From Candidatus Omnitrophota bacterium (lineage in GTDB: Bacteria > Omnitrophota > Gorgyraeia > Zapsychrales > JAHFFX01), in contig JAHFFW010000006.1 in the NCBI GenBank assembly GCA_023247725.1, forward strand, positions 11,210 to 75,209: a stretch of 64,000 nt of DNA, given 5' to 3'. The notes under the pieces are model-generated. The model was not told the DNA's origin and did not search any database. It saw only the letters and a program-made list of their open reading frames with translations. This document shows, one piece after another, positions 10,455 through 18,634 of the stretch. Numbering within the stretch: position 1 is the first letter of the stretch; every line of letters begins with the position of its first letter. The position numbers were made by a program, and so were the translations under genes.

Positions 10455-12977
10455 TTATTTTCTGAAAGAAGGTGAAGGTTCCATCGGTTTGGCAGCGGAA
10501 GACATCAGGGCCGCAGATTCAACCAGGCGAATGAATTCCGCTCGGTAGCCCTGAGGATCTTCACCGCGAGCAGCCCGGGCGCGCTGCAAAATCTGTTCGT
10601 AAGATGCATTGTGTCTGTAGGGTGATTCGCGCAGGAGCAAACCGAATTCTGCCACGCCAGAGGCAAATTGAAAATTGGCCGACGGGGCTCGAGACTTCGG
10701 ATCCTTGGCCTGAACCGCCCTGGTTATCAAATGACTTTGATTCTCATCCGGCTTTTTATAACGGAGCTTAATCGTGAGGAGTTCCTGGCTGTCGATGATT
10801 TTTACAGGCTGGGGCGTTTCGATTCGCTGGTATTTGAGCGGGTCAACACTGGCGAAATTTTCGGAAGAATGAGTATCGACGATTTCATACAACGCCGTCA
10901 CGCTGTGACCCGCGCCCATGTCTCCGGCGTCTTTCATGTCGTTATTAAAATCTTCTTTGGCTAAGCCACGGTCCTCAAACCCAAGCAAACGATAGGCCTT
11001 GACCTGGCCGGGGTTAAATTCAATCTGAATCTTGACGTCCTTGGCAATCGTTAACAACGTGCCGCCGAGTTGCTGGACAAAAACTTTCTGGCCTTCCAGG
11101 ATATTATCGATGTAACCATAATTGCCGTTGCCATGATCGGCGAGTTTTTCCATCTTGGAATCTTTGTAGTTCCCGGTCCCGAAACCCAGGACACTCAAAA
11201 AAATCCCTTCGTTGCGCTTCGATTCGATGAGATTGATCAACTCATCGTCACTACTGACCCCGACATTAAAATCTCCATCGGTCGCAAGAATAATCCGATT
11301 GTTACCGCCGGAAATAAAATGTTCCGCCGCTAAACGGTAGGCGAGCTTGATTCCCTCCCCGCCGGCAGTCGAGCCACCGGCATAAAGGGCATCGATCGCG
11401 GACAAAATCTTTTCCTTATCGCTGCCAGCCGTCGGCGGCAGGGCCACTCCGGCCGCGCCGGCATAGGTCACGATCGTAACACGATCACTGTCGCGCAGTT
11501 GATTCACTAAAAGTTTGAACGCAGATTTAAGCAGAGGCAATTTTTTGGTTTCATCCATAGAACCGGAGACATCAATAAGAAAAATGAGATTGGCTGGCGG
11601 CAAACGGTCCACGTCCACATTCTTTCCCTGCAGGCCGATGAGGACCAGATTGTGCTGGGGATTCCAGGGACAGGGCGCTACCTCTGTTGTGATCGTCAGG
11701 GGATCCTCCCCTTCGGGCTGAGGGTAATCGTAATGAAAATAATTAATCATCTCCTCGATGCGCACGGCATTCTTGGGCGGCAATTGCCCCGCAGAAATGA
11801 ACCGGCGGACATTGGTATAGGAAGCCGTGTCCACGTCGATCGAAAATGTCGATAAGGGATTACTGTTCGCTTCCAAAAAATTATTCTCCACGATCTGATC
11901 GTACTGTTCTGTATTGGCAGGATACGAAGGCACGGGATATCGGACTAAATCCGACGAGGGCGCAGGTGCAGGCGGGCAAGGCGCAATCACGCAGGAATAA
12001 ATCCTTCGCGATCGTGATAAGACATCTTGCGGCATGGCCTCACCTAACTCATTATTGTTTTGGGAGCCATCCTCGGTGGACATCGCTGATTTGGATTGTC
12101 TTTCCTCCAGTGCACCCATCCGATCAAATTCACCACCACTCGGCATCAAGCCTCCAGCAGGCATCGGCTGATCAGCTCTTAAATCGGCCCTTATTTCCTT
12201 GTAACCATGTTGCGGCAAGGGTTTCATTGATCGATCCCTGCGACCATTTTCCTCATCCGATGCCAGGGGTTGTTCCTGGTCCCTAGATTCTTGTTCCGGT
12301 GATACAAACGCCCGCTTATCCCTGGAGCCTCCTTGGCCGCTGGTTAAACCCTCAAAGGATTGGGAGGAAGATTTTTCTGCGACTTTCGCTAGCTCCATTC
12401 GACCCTCGGAAGGCAATATGGGAATCGGTTGGCTCGCCGGTGCGGAAGTTTCCACCGAAACCGTATCTTCGGTTTGCATCTTTTGTTTGGACGAAATCCC
12501 TTCCTTTTTATTTTCAGAAATTTTTGATTTCTCGCGCTCGGCGGCCTCATCGGCTTTTACAAAATTTTTGGAGGGCTCATGATGAAGAGGCTTAGTGCGG
12601 GCGGCCACCTGTATCCTCGTTTTATTCCGTGCCTGCAGGTTCCTTTGAGTCTGCCACTGGAGGAAGCCAAACACCGCCACTAAAAGAGCCAAAACACTGA
12701 CGCTTAACCCCATCGTGAACCACGGGCCTCGATGCAAGGGTCTCTGAGAAATTTTATCCTGTTCCCATTTCTTTTGAATCTTCTGCTCCAAATCCGGCGA
12801 AAGTTCCTCATCCGGCCACAACGTTAAGGTCGCAAAAATTTTTTTCAACTGGCGAAAATAACTCTGACAGGAAGAACAGGAAACCAGATGCTCTTCGACG
12901 ATTTTCTTTTCTTGAGGCGATACCTCTTGATCGCTATAGGCGCACAGCAATTGTCGTAAATTTTCATGATCAATCAT
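10455..12977 (-). CDS. zf-HC2 anti-sigma factor fused to a YfbK-like vWA domain
   Basis: N-terminal HLVSCSSC zinc motif, TM helix and long linker, then STFSIDVDTASY, DVSGSM (MIDAS) and LATDGDFNVG. Overlaps the sigma factor stop. Confidence 0.88.
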   Translation of the reverse strand: MIDHENLRQLLCAYSDQEVSPQEKKIVEEHLVSCSSCQSYFRQLKKIFATLTLWPDEELSPDLEQKIQKKWEQDKISQRPLHRGPWFTMGLSVSVLALLVAVFGFLQWQTQRNLQARNKTRIQVAARTKPLHHEPSKNFVKADEAAEREKSKISENKKEGISSKQKMQTEDTVSVETSAPASQPIPILPSEGRMELAKVAEKSSSQSFEGLTSGQGGSRDKRAFVSPEQESRDQEQPLASDEENGRRDRSMKPLPQHGYKEIRADLRADQPMPAGGLMPSGGEFDRMGALEERQSKSAMSTEDGSQNNNELGEAMPQDVLSRSRRIYSCVIAPCPPAPAPSSDLVRYPVPSYPANTEQYDQIVENNFLEANSNPLSTFSIDVDTASYTNVRRFISAGQLPPKNAVRIEEMINYFHYDYPQPEGEDPLTITTEVAPCPWNPQHNLVLIGLQGKNVDVDRLPPANLIFLIDVSGSMDETKKLPLLKSAFKLLVNQLRDSDRVTIVTYAGAAGVALPPTAGSDKEKILSAIDALYAGGSTAGGEGIKLAYRLAAEHFISGGNNRIILATDGDFNVGVSSDDELINLIESKRNEGIFLSVLGFGTGNYKDSKMEKLADHGNGNYGYIDNILEGQKVFVQQLGGTLLTIAKDVKIQIEFNPGQVKAYRLLGFEDRGLAKEDFNNDMKDAGDMGAGHSVTALYEIVDTHSSENFASVDPLKYQRIETPQPVKIIDSQELLTIKLRYKKPDENQSHLITRAVQAKDPKSRAPSANFQFASGVAEFGLLLRESPYRHNASYEQILQRARAARGEDPQGYRAEFIRLVESAALMSSAAKPMEPSPSFRK

Positions 12978-13551
12978 GGCGTTCCTCCTTCAGGAAGGCC
13001 GGGACCCCTGTGCGTAAGCCCTCCCGGGCGCGAAAGATCAAGACCTTGACCTTGTCCAAGGAACATCCCAGTACCGTCGAGATTTGCGCATAGCTCAGCT
13101 GATGATATTCCCGTAGGATCAGCGCTTCTTTTTGTTCGTCGGGCAATTGCACAATGGCCATCCGGATATATTTGGCCAGCTCCTGCCGGTCCAATTCTTC
13201 CACGACCTCTTCCCCGCTGGAATCTGTAATCTCCCATTCCTGCCATTCATCGGTTTCATTCTTAGACCATAAGGACAGCAATTTTTTTCGCTGCCGAATT
13301 TTGCTAATGCAGCTATTGTGCGCCACCGTATACAGCCACGTGGAAAATTTTGCCCGGGGATCAAAACGGTATCGCTTGCCAAACACAGCCAGGAAGACTT
13401 CGCCTACGATATCTTCGGCATCGGCACGGTTGCCCAAAAATCTTAAAGCGTAATTGAAAATGGGCATTTTGTAGCGGGAAAAGATCATACTCAGGGCCTC
13501 TTGGTTCCCTTCGGAATATTCCCTCATCAGATCTTCGTCGGGTTTATCCAT
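12970..13551 (-). CDS. ECF RNA polymerase sigma factor
   Basis: DAEDIVGEVF and KFSTWLYTVAHN (region 2); LSYAQIS...VKVLIFRAR (region 4). Confidence 0.93.
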   Translation of the reverse strand: MDKPDEDLMREYSEGNQEALSMIFSRYKMPIFNYALRFLGNRADAEDIVGEVFLAVFGKRYRFDPRAKFSTWLYTVAHNSCISKIRQRKKLLSLWSKNETDEWQEWEITDSSGEEVVEELDRQELAKYIRMAIVQLPDEQKEALILREYHQLSYAQISTVLGCSLDKVKVLIFRAREGLRTGVPAFLKEERHD

Positions 13552-13572
13552 CCGTCCTTGGTCTCCATCCCT

Positions 13573-13600
13573 TTAACGCCTGAAAGGAAGAAAAGTTACA
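13573..13600 (-). promoter_or_regulatory. Putative autoregulatory ECF-type promoter
   Basis: TGTAAC-N16-CGTTAA immediately upstream of the ECF gene; AAC and CGT are the typical ECF cores. Confidence 0.65.
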
Positions 13601-13686
13601 ACCATTGGGCAGGCCGCGCAAGTCATACAAAAAGAAGAATAAAAAATTTTTAAGGAGCAAAACAGGGTCTGGGCGAAGATAAGCCT

Positions 13687-14589
13687 TTAACTCAATTTCT
13701 TTATAGCGTCACGCAATTCTTCTGGCGTGGCGGATTCGTGGGATTCAATGACCTTGATGGCCGCCCGGCGGATGAAAGGCATAATCCGATCGAGATCGAA
13801 ATCTCCGGCAAAGGGGGCCAGATGATCTCTCAAGCCGCGGACTCCATGGATGTGCATTCCATACAAATGCCCGCTATACCGATTCAGATAATCGAGGTGT
13901 TTGGCCAGCCCCAGGCGTTCATTGACCTCGGCGTGTCCGTTGTCGTGCCAATAGACCAGACCCTGGGAAGCAAAACGCTGCAGGAAAAACTCCACCTCAT
14001 CGACATTCGGAATCTCGTGGGGATAATAGCGGGTTTCCAATCCGATCTTGATAGCTTTTTCTGCAGCGTAAGGAAGAATTTCTTTGAAACTTTCCTCGAT
14101 GGCCATGAGATAGGGTTCGGCTTTTTGTTTGCGCTTTTGGCGAAAATCTTCTCGCCAATGGATGAATTCCTCCGTCGCAGTCTTTCCTTCCTGATAAAGC
14201 TTGATGAGATTTCGTTCCGGTTCGCCCTCGAGCATAATGGTGCCCGCGTGAATGACCAGGACCTTGGCCCGGATACGGTCGGCGGTATCAATGGATTTCT
14301 TCGTCCAAAAAATTGCTTTTTCTCGTTCCTGTGGATCAAGGGCAGAAAGAAAATGCAGGTTAGAGACATGCCGGCCGGGTTGGCCGTCATCCGGACAAGG
14401 ACAATAATTATGGACACTCGAAACCTTTAAAGGAATTTTGGGGAGAAAGGACATCAGTTGTTCTAGGCGATCGGCGGGAAAATTGTAGCCCAGCTCAACG
14501 TACTCGAAACCCAGCTGCTTGATGTCATTCAAAAGCTGACGCGGATCGGTTTGCCGTTGGGAATTCCAGGCCGTGGAGAGTGATAACAT
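13687..14589 (-). CDS. Sugar phosphate isomerase/epimerase (xylose isomerase-like TIM barrel)
   Basis: VELG, IHAG, GLET, HDNGHA, HIHG and DH metal-site pattern. Confidence 0.8.
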   Translation of the reverse strand: MLSLSTAWNSQRQTDPRQLLNDIKQLGFEYVELGYNFPADRLEQLMSFLPKIPLKVSSVHNYCPCPDDGQPGRHVSNLHFLSALDPQEREKAIFWTKKSIDTADRIRAKVLVIHAGTIMLEGEPERNLIKLYQEGKTATEEFIHWREDFRQKRKQKAEPYLMAIEESFKEILPYAAEKAIKIGLETRYYPHEIPNVDEVEFFLQRFASQGLVYWHDNGHAEVNERLGLAKHLDYLNRYSGHLYGMHIHGVRGLRDHLAPFAGDFDLDRIMPFIRRAAIKVIESHESATPEELRDAIKKLS

Positions 14590-14621
14590 ATTGAACTAAA
14601 ACGGCAAAATGAAAATAAATT

Positions 14622-14710
14622 ACAGGTTATCCGGCAATCTGGTCATCACCGAAATGCCGGCCCGGATATCAGGATTTCCCTTTCCGGATCTGCGGTTGAC
14701 CGGATTGCCG
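14622..14710. repeat. CCGGATAACCGG-type palindromic repeat
   Basis: ggttatccggcaatctggt is shared with 2239-2303; related sequence at ~8498-8520 and ~48385-48451. Confidence 0.7.
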
Positions 14711-14723
14711 TTTGGTAACTCAA

Positions 14724-14768
14724 TGACTCCCGGGGAATTTTTGTCGTCGGGGTTCACAAAACTCCCCG
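14724..14768. repeat. ~45 bp palindromic dispersed repeat, copy 3
   Basis: tgactcccggggaatttttgtcgtcggggttcacaaaactccccg forms a hairpin with a tcgtcgggg core. Confidence 0.8.
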
Positions 14769-14773
14769 ATCCC

Positions 14774-15592
14774 TCAATAGATATTTTTCTTGACCCTGCC
14801 CGTGGAAAGAACCCGCGGACCCTTCTTTTTAGCCGGTTCTTTTTTCTCCGGTGTTGCGGCGGCCGCCGGGACAGGTTTGGATGTTGTCAAATCCGGAGGC
14901 TTGGGTAAAGGATTGTCCTTCGGGGGGGGTTCCTTGCGAGCAGGATTTTCATTTTGCAATTCTGCATCCTGTTTACGGATTCGGTCGGTGAGCTCCTTCA
15001 TGGACTCATTTTCCCGCTGCAATTGATCTTTCTGGATAGAGGCCTTTTGCCGCGGCGTCAATTCCTCCGGCGGGCCCTGACGCCTTAAATGCAAAGCCTC
15101 TTCGCGGTCTTTAAGCAAATCAATCTTCTGTTTGTATTCCTCCAGCATTTTGCTGCGCTCGGCGATGGCCTCATCCATGAGGCGAGCCTTGGCGGCCGTA
15201 TCTTCCGGCGAATTTCCCAACCGATTGAGTTTCTCTAAAAGATCCTTCTCGAAGGCGGCTTTCTTCCGGTTATAATTTTCAATCACCTTGTTGGACTCTG
15301 CGCGGATCTCCTTAAGCCTCGTCGTGTATTCCTCGATGGTAAGAAGAGAAGGGGCTGCCTGGTTGGCGGCGGGGGCCGCTTCCTTGTCCTTGGCATTGGA
15401 TCCCAAAGCCAAAAGACAGGACGAGTCAACAATCGAAGGTTCCGTCATGGAATGGAATCTTTGCGGCAGGCTGGCTGTGCTTAAAACCTCGGCGAGATTA
15501 TTTTCCGCCAGGGCTTGCTGGGTCATGTGCCCGGAAAGAAGAAATGTGACCATAAAAATCTTGCTCAGCATAATGTTCCTTTCGCGAATCAT
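14774..15592 (-). CDS. Secreted coiled-coil hypothetical protein
   Basis: Signal-like N-terminus, E/K/R-rich helices and a Pro/Lys-rich tail. Confidence 0.7.
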   Translation of the reverse strand: MIRERNIMLSKIFMVTFLLSGHMTQQALAENNLAEVLSTASLPQRFHSMTEPSIVDSSCLLALGSNAKDKEAAPAANQAAPSLLTIEEYTTRLKEIRAESNKVIENYNRKKAAFEKDLLEKLNRLGNSPEDTAAKARLMDEAIAERSKMLEEYKQKIDLLKDREEALHLRRQGPPEELTPRQKASIQKDQLQRENESMKELTDRIRKQDAELQNENPARKEPPPKDNPLPKPPDLTTSKPVPAAAATPEKKEPAKKKGPRVLSTGRVKKNIY

Positions 15593-16167
15593 TACTTGCG
15601 TCTACTGCCTTTCTCCAAATCTTGCAATTGATTATTGAGAATCGGGCGACCCGCAGCCGTCGAAGACACACTTTTTTCATCGACCGCCTTCATCTGCTGT
15701 AAGGTCAAAAGGGCTCGTTTAAAATCTTCCTCGTCGCGTTTCTGTTGAAAAATCACGGCGCTGCGCTCAATGGCCTTCTGTGCCGTCTCTTGATCTCCCG
15801 CCAGGCCGTAACACAGCCCCAATAGATAAAAGGCTTGGCCATTATCGGGCTGAACCCTCACCACATTTTCAAAGCTCGCGATGGCGCCCTTGATATTATT
15901 GGTCCGCATATAAACCTCGCCGAGGATGAAATGAGGTTCGGGATCGTTGGGGTTTTGCTTAACCGCTTGATTGAAGGCCATGATGGCCCGAGAAAAATCT
16001 TTTTGATTAAGGAACTGGACTCCCTGTTTAACCAGGCTTCCTTGGGAAGATCCCACGAGGGTACTGGCGCCGAGTTGGGGACTGGATTGAGACGAACGGG
16101 ATTCGTTCTTTGAGCCGCATCCGACGAGCAGAAAAACAACCGCGATAAAGATAAAAAAATTTTTCAT
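15592..16167 (-). CDS. TPR-repeat lipoprotein
   Basis: Lipobox LVGC followed by TPR motifs. Confidence 0.85.
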   Translation of the reverse strand: MKNFFIFIAVVFLLVGCGSKNESRSSQSSPQLGASTLVGSSQGSLVKQGVQFLNQKDFSRAIMAFNQAVKQNPNDPEPHFILGEVYMRTNNIKGAIASFENVVRVQPDNGQAFYLLGLCYGLAGDQETAQKAIERSAVIFQQKRDEEDFKRALLTLQQMKAVDEKSVSSTAAGRPILNNQLQDLEKGSRRK

Positions 16168-16193
16168 ACTTTGCCCCCTTGGGTAATGTGCTC

Positions 16194-17642
16194 TTATATG
16201 GAAACCTTACTGGCTTGTGCCAATAAATATTGATGAACCCCCTCGGCGGCGGCGCGCCCTTCGGCTATGGCCCAGACCACGAGCGATTGGCCTCTGGCCA
16301 TATCTCCGGCGGCAAAGACCCCTGGAACCGAAGTCATTTTTGCAAGGTTCGTTTTGACATTGCCGCGGCCATCCAATTCCACACCGAGTTCTTCCAGCAA
16401 TCCCTTTTTGACCGGACCTGTAAAACCTAAAGCCAACAAAACCATATCGACATCGACGACAAAATCGGATTCCGGAATCCCTTGGAAAGACGACCGTCCG
16501 GTCATTGGATCTTTCGGAGCGTATTCCAGACGAACGGCGTGCAATTTTTTTAGCTTCCCATGCTCACCGCTGAATTTTTTGGTCAGGATGCCATAATCCT
16601 GCTCGACGCCCTCTTCGTGCGAGGTCGATTTTCTTTGAATGAACGCCCAGTTAGGCCAAGGATTATCCGCGGCTCTTTCTTTGGGAGGTTGGGGCAGAAG
16701 CTCATATTGTTTGACCCAGATGGCACCTTGGCGATTGGCAGTGCCTAAACAGTCAGAACCAGTATCTCCGCCTCCTAAAATAATAACCCCTTTTCCCTCG
16801 GCCGTCACGCTCAATTTGCGATCGATCGCCTGTCCTTGATTGCGTCGGTTCTGTTGAGGCAAATAGAACATCGCCTGATAAATTCCTTCGAGTTCCCGTC
16901 CAGGAATCGGTAAATCGCGCGGCTCTTCGGCCCCGCCGCACAAGACCAGCGCATCAAAATTTTTCTGCAATTCTTTTGCGGAGACATCGACGCCCACATT
17001 AACCTTATTTTTGAAGGCAACACCTTCAGCCTGCATGCGATTCAATCGTCGCTGTATCACCCATTTTTCCAATTTAAAATCCGGGATGCCCAGCCACAAC
17101 AATCCGCCGAAATATTCGTTCTTTTCGTAAACGGTGACCTTATGTCCGAGCTTATTGAGTTGATCGGCGCAGGCGAGCCCCGCCGGGCCAGAACCGATGA
17201 CCGCAGTTTTCTTGCCTGTGCGGATTTTCGGAGGCCTTGGCTTGATCCAATTGTTCTCATAGGCCTTTTCAATGATGGATAGTTCAATATTTTTGATCGT
17301 GACAGCGGGTTGATTGATACTCAGAACGCAGGAATTCTCACACGGGGCTGGACAAATACGGCCGGTAAACTCTGGAAAGTTGTTGGTCTTATGCAGCCTT
17401 TCGATGGCCTCTTGCCAACGGTCGTTGTAAACCAGATCGTTCCAATCCGGAATGATGTTGCCGATGGGACACCCGGATTGGCAAAAGGGAACCCCGCAAT
17501 CCATGCAGCGTCCGCCCTGGCGCCTCAATTCCTCGACGGGCATGGGCAGATAAAATTCTTTCCAATGTTTCAAACGCTGCGGGATTGGCTGTTTGGCGAA
17601 ATCCTTGCGTTCCCATTTCATGAATCCTTTGACGTCACCCAT
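16194..17642 (-). CDS. gltD: Glutamate synthase small subunit
   Basis: RCMDCGVPFC, NNFPEFTGRICPAPCE, GSGPAGL and GQSLVVWAIAEGR motifs. Confidence 0.97.
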   Translation of the reverse strand: MGDVKGFMKWERKDFAKQPIPQRLKHWKEFYLPMPVEELRRQGGRCMDCGVPFCQSGCPIGNIIPDWNDLVYNDRWQEAIERLHKTNNFPEFTGRICPAPCENSCVLSINQPAVTIKNIELSIIEKAYENNWIKPRPPKIRTGKKTAVIGSGPAGLACADQLNKLGHKVTVYEKNEYFGGLLWLGIPDFKLEKWVIQRRLNRMQAEGVAFKNKVNVGVDVSAKELQKNFDALVLCGGAEEPRDLPIPGRELEGIYQAMFYLPQQNRRNQGQAIDRKLSVTAEGKGVIILGGGDTGSDCLGTANRQGAIWVKQYELLPQPPKERAADNPWPNWAFIQRKSTSHEEGVEQDYGILTKKFSGEHGKLKKLHAVRLEYAPKDPMTGRSSFQGIPESDFVVDVDMVLLALGFTGPVKKGLLEELGVELDGRGNVKTNLAKMTSVPGVFAAGDMARGQSLVVWAIAEGRAAAEGVHQYLLAQASKVSI

Positions 17643-17694
17643 TCCCTAATCCATTTTTAAACACTGGCCTTTTAAACTTTCTTATCCCGCGAGC

Positions 17695-17910
17695 TCATCG
17701 TTTTATATGCTCCGTTAACGCCATCTCGACTTGAAGTTCTTTGCGTCCACCGAAGAGTTTTGCTGCATCGAGGGATTCAATGCCCACCGCTTTGCCCGAG
17801 GCATCATAATCAACAATAATGCCTTCGGCAATCTCATCACTTTCCTCAATTTTTGCTTTTCTTAATCGAAGATATAAAGCGTCGGCCTTGGGATCATAAC
17901 TCATTTTCAT
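17695..17910 (-). CDS. DUF2283-family small protein
   Basis: YDPKADALYLRL...IVDYDASGKAVGIE signature. Confidence 0.85.
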   Translation of the reverse strand: MKMSYDPKADALYLRLRKAKIEESDEIAEGIIVDYDASGKAVGIESLDAAKLFGGRKELQVEMALTEHIKR

Positions 17911-17948
17911 ATTTTATTCCTTCTCATAAATCATCTGCAAATCCCCCC

Positions 17949-18272
17949 TTAAATCCGCACACCCGTTACCAGCACTTCCTCAAGAAAACTTGCCGGAGTT
18001 GCCGACTTAATTTCCTTTTCTGTGTAGCCCTTCGCCTCAATTGGCCTCATGATTCTTGCCGCGGCCATCCCCAAAATTTCGAGTCTTTCTCTTAGATTCA
18101 ATTTCGCAAAATCGTTCGAGATGACGACCAAATCGATGTCGCTATCCCTTCTTGGATTTCCTTTTGTGAAGGATCCAAATAAAATTACGCGCTCTACATG
18201 AATACCCAAATCGAAAAGTACTTTTTTATATTCCCTAATTATTTCTTTAATCTTTTGTCTTGTTTTAGACAT
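17949..18272 (-). CDS. Minimal nucleotidyltransferase (MNT)
   Basis: LFGSFTKG...DSDIDLVVIS (GSx10DxD motif). Confidence 0.9.
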   Translation of the reverse strand: MSKTRQKIKEIIREYKKVLFDLGIHVERVILFGSFTKGNPRRDSDIDLVVISNDFAKLNLRERLEILGMAAARIMRPIEAKGYTEKEIKSATPASFLEEVLVTGVRI

Positions 18273-18631
18273 TGAATGATCTCCTGTGTTTTGTCTAAAT
18301 ATTTTCCAGCAATTATCTTTGGATAACTTGAAACTAACTTTGACAAATCTTCCGGATATCTGGTCACAATACTGACGTTATTGATCATACCCAGAAAATC
18401 TAACAACTCTTTGGATAATTGGATTTTTCCTTGATCTAATAAGTAAATTAGGTCGTGGGTTTTAGGTGGGATTTTCTTAGTCTCGGCAGAAACAAAGGCT
18501 TTTAAAAGTTTTTCCAGGGCCAAATGACACATGAATATGACATACACATACCGCCCTGTTTTCAACATTCGGTCGGCGGTCGTTAAATCATATTCCACCA
18601 TCGCCAACCAGTTTTTTATTTCCTTGTTCAC
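18239..18631 (-). CDS. HEPN domain protein
   Basis: FMCHLALEKLLKA, KTHDL and TRYP motifs; paired with the MNT gene. Confidence 0.88.
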   Translation of the reverse strand: MNKEIKNWLAMVEYDLTTADRMLKTGRYVYVIFMCHLALEKLLKAFVSAETKKIPPKTHDLIYLLDQGKIQLSKELLDFLGMINNVSIVTRYPEDLSKLVSSYPKIIAGKYLDKTQEIIQCLKQDKRLKK

Positions 18632-18634
18632 TAA

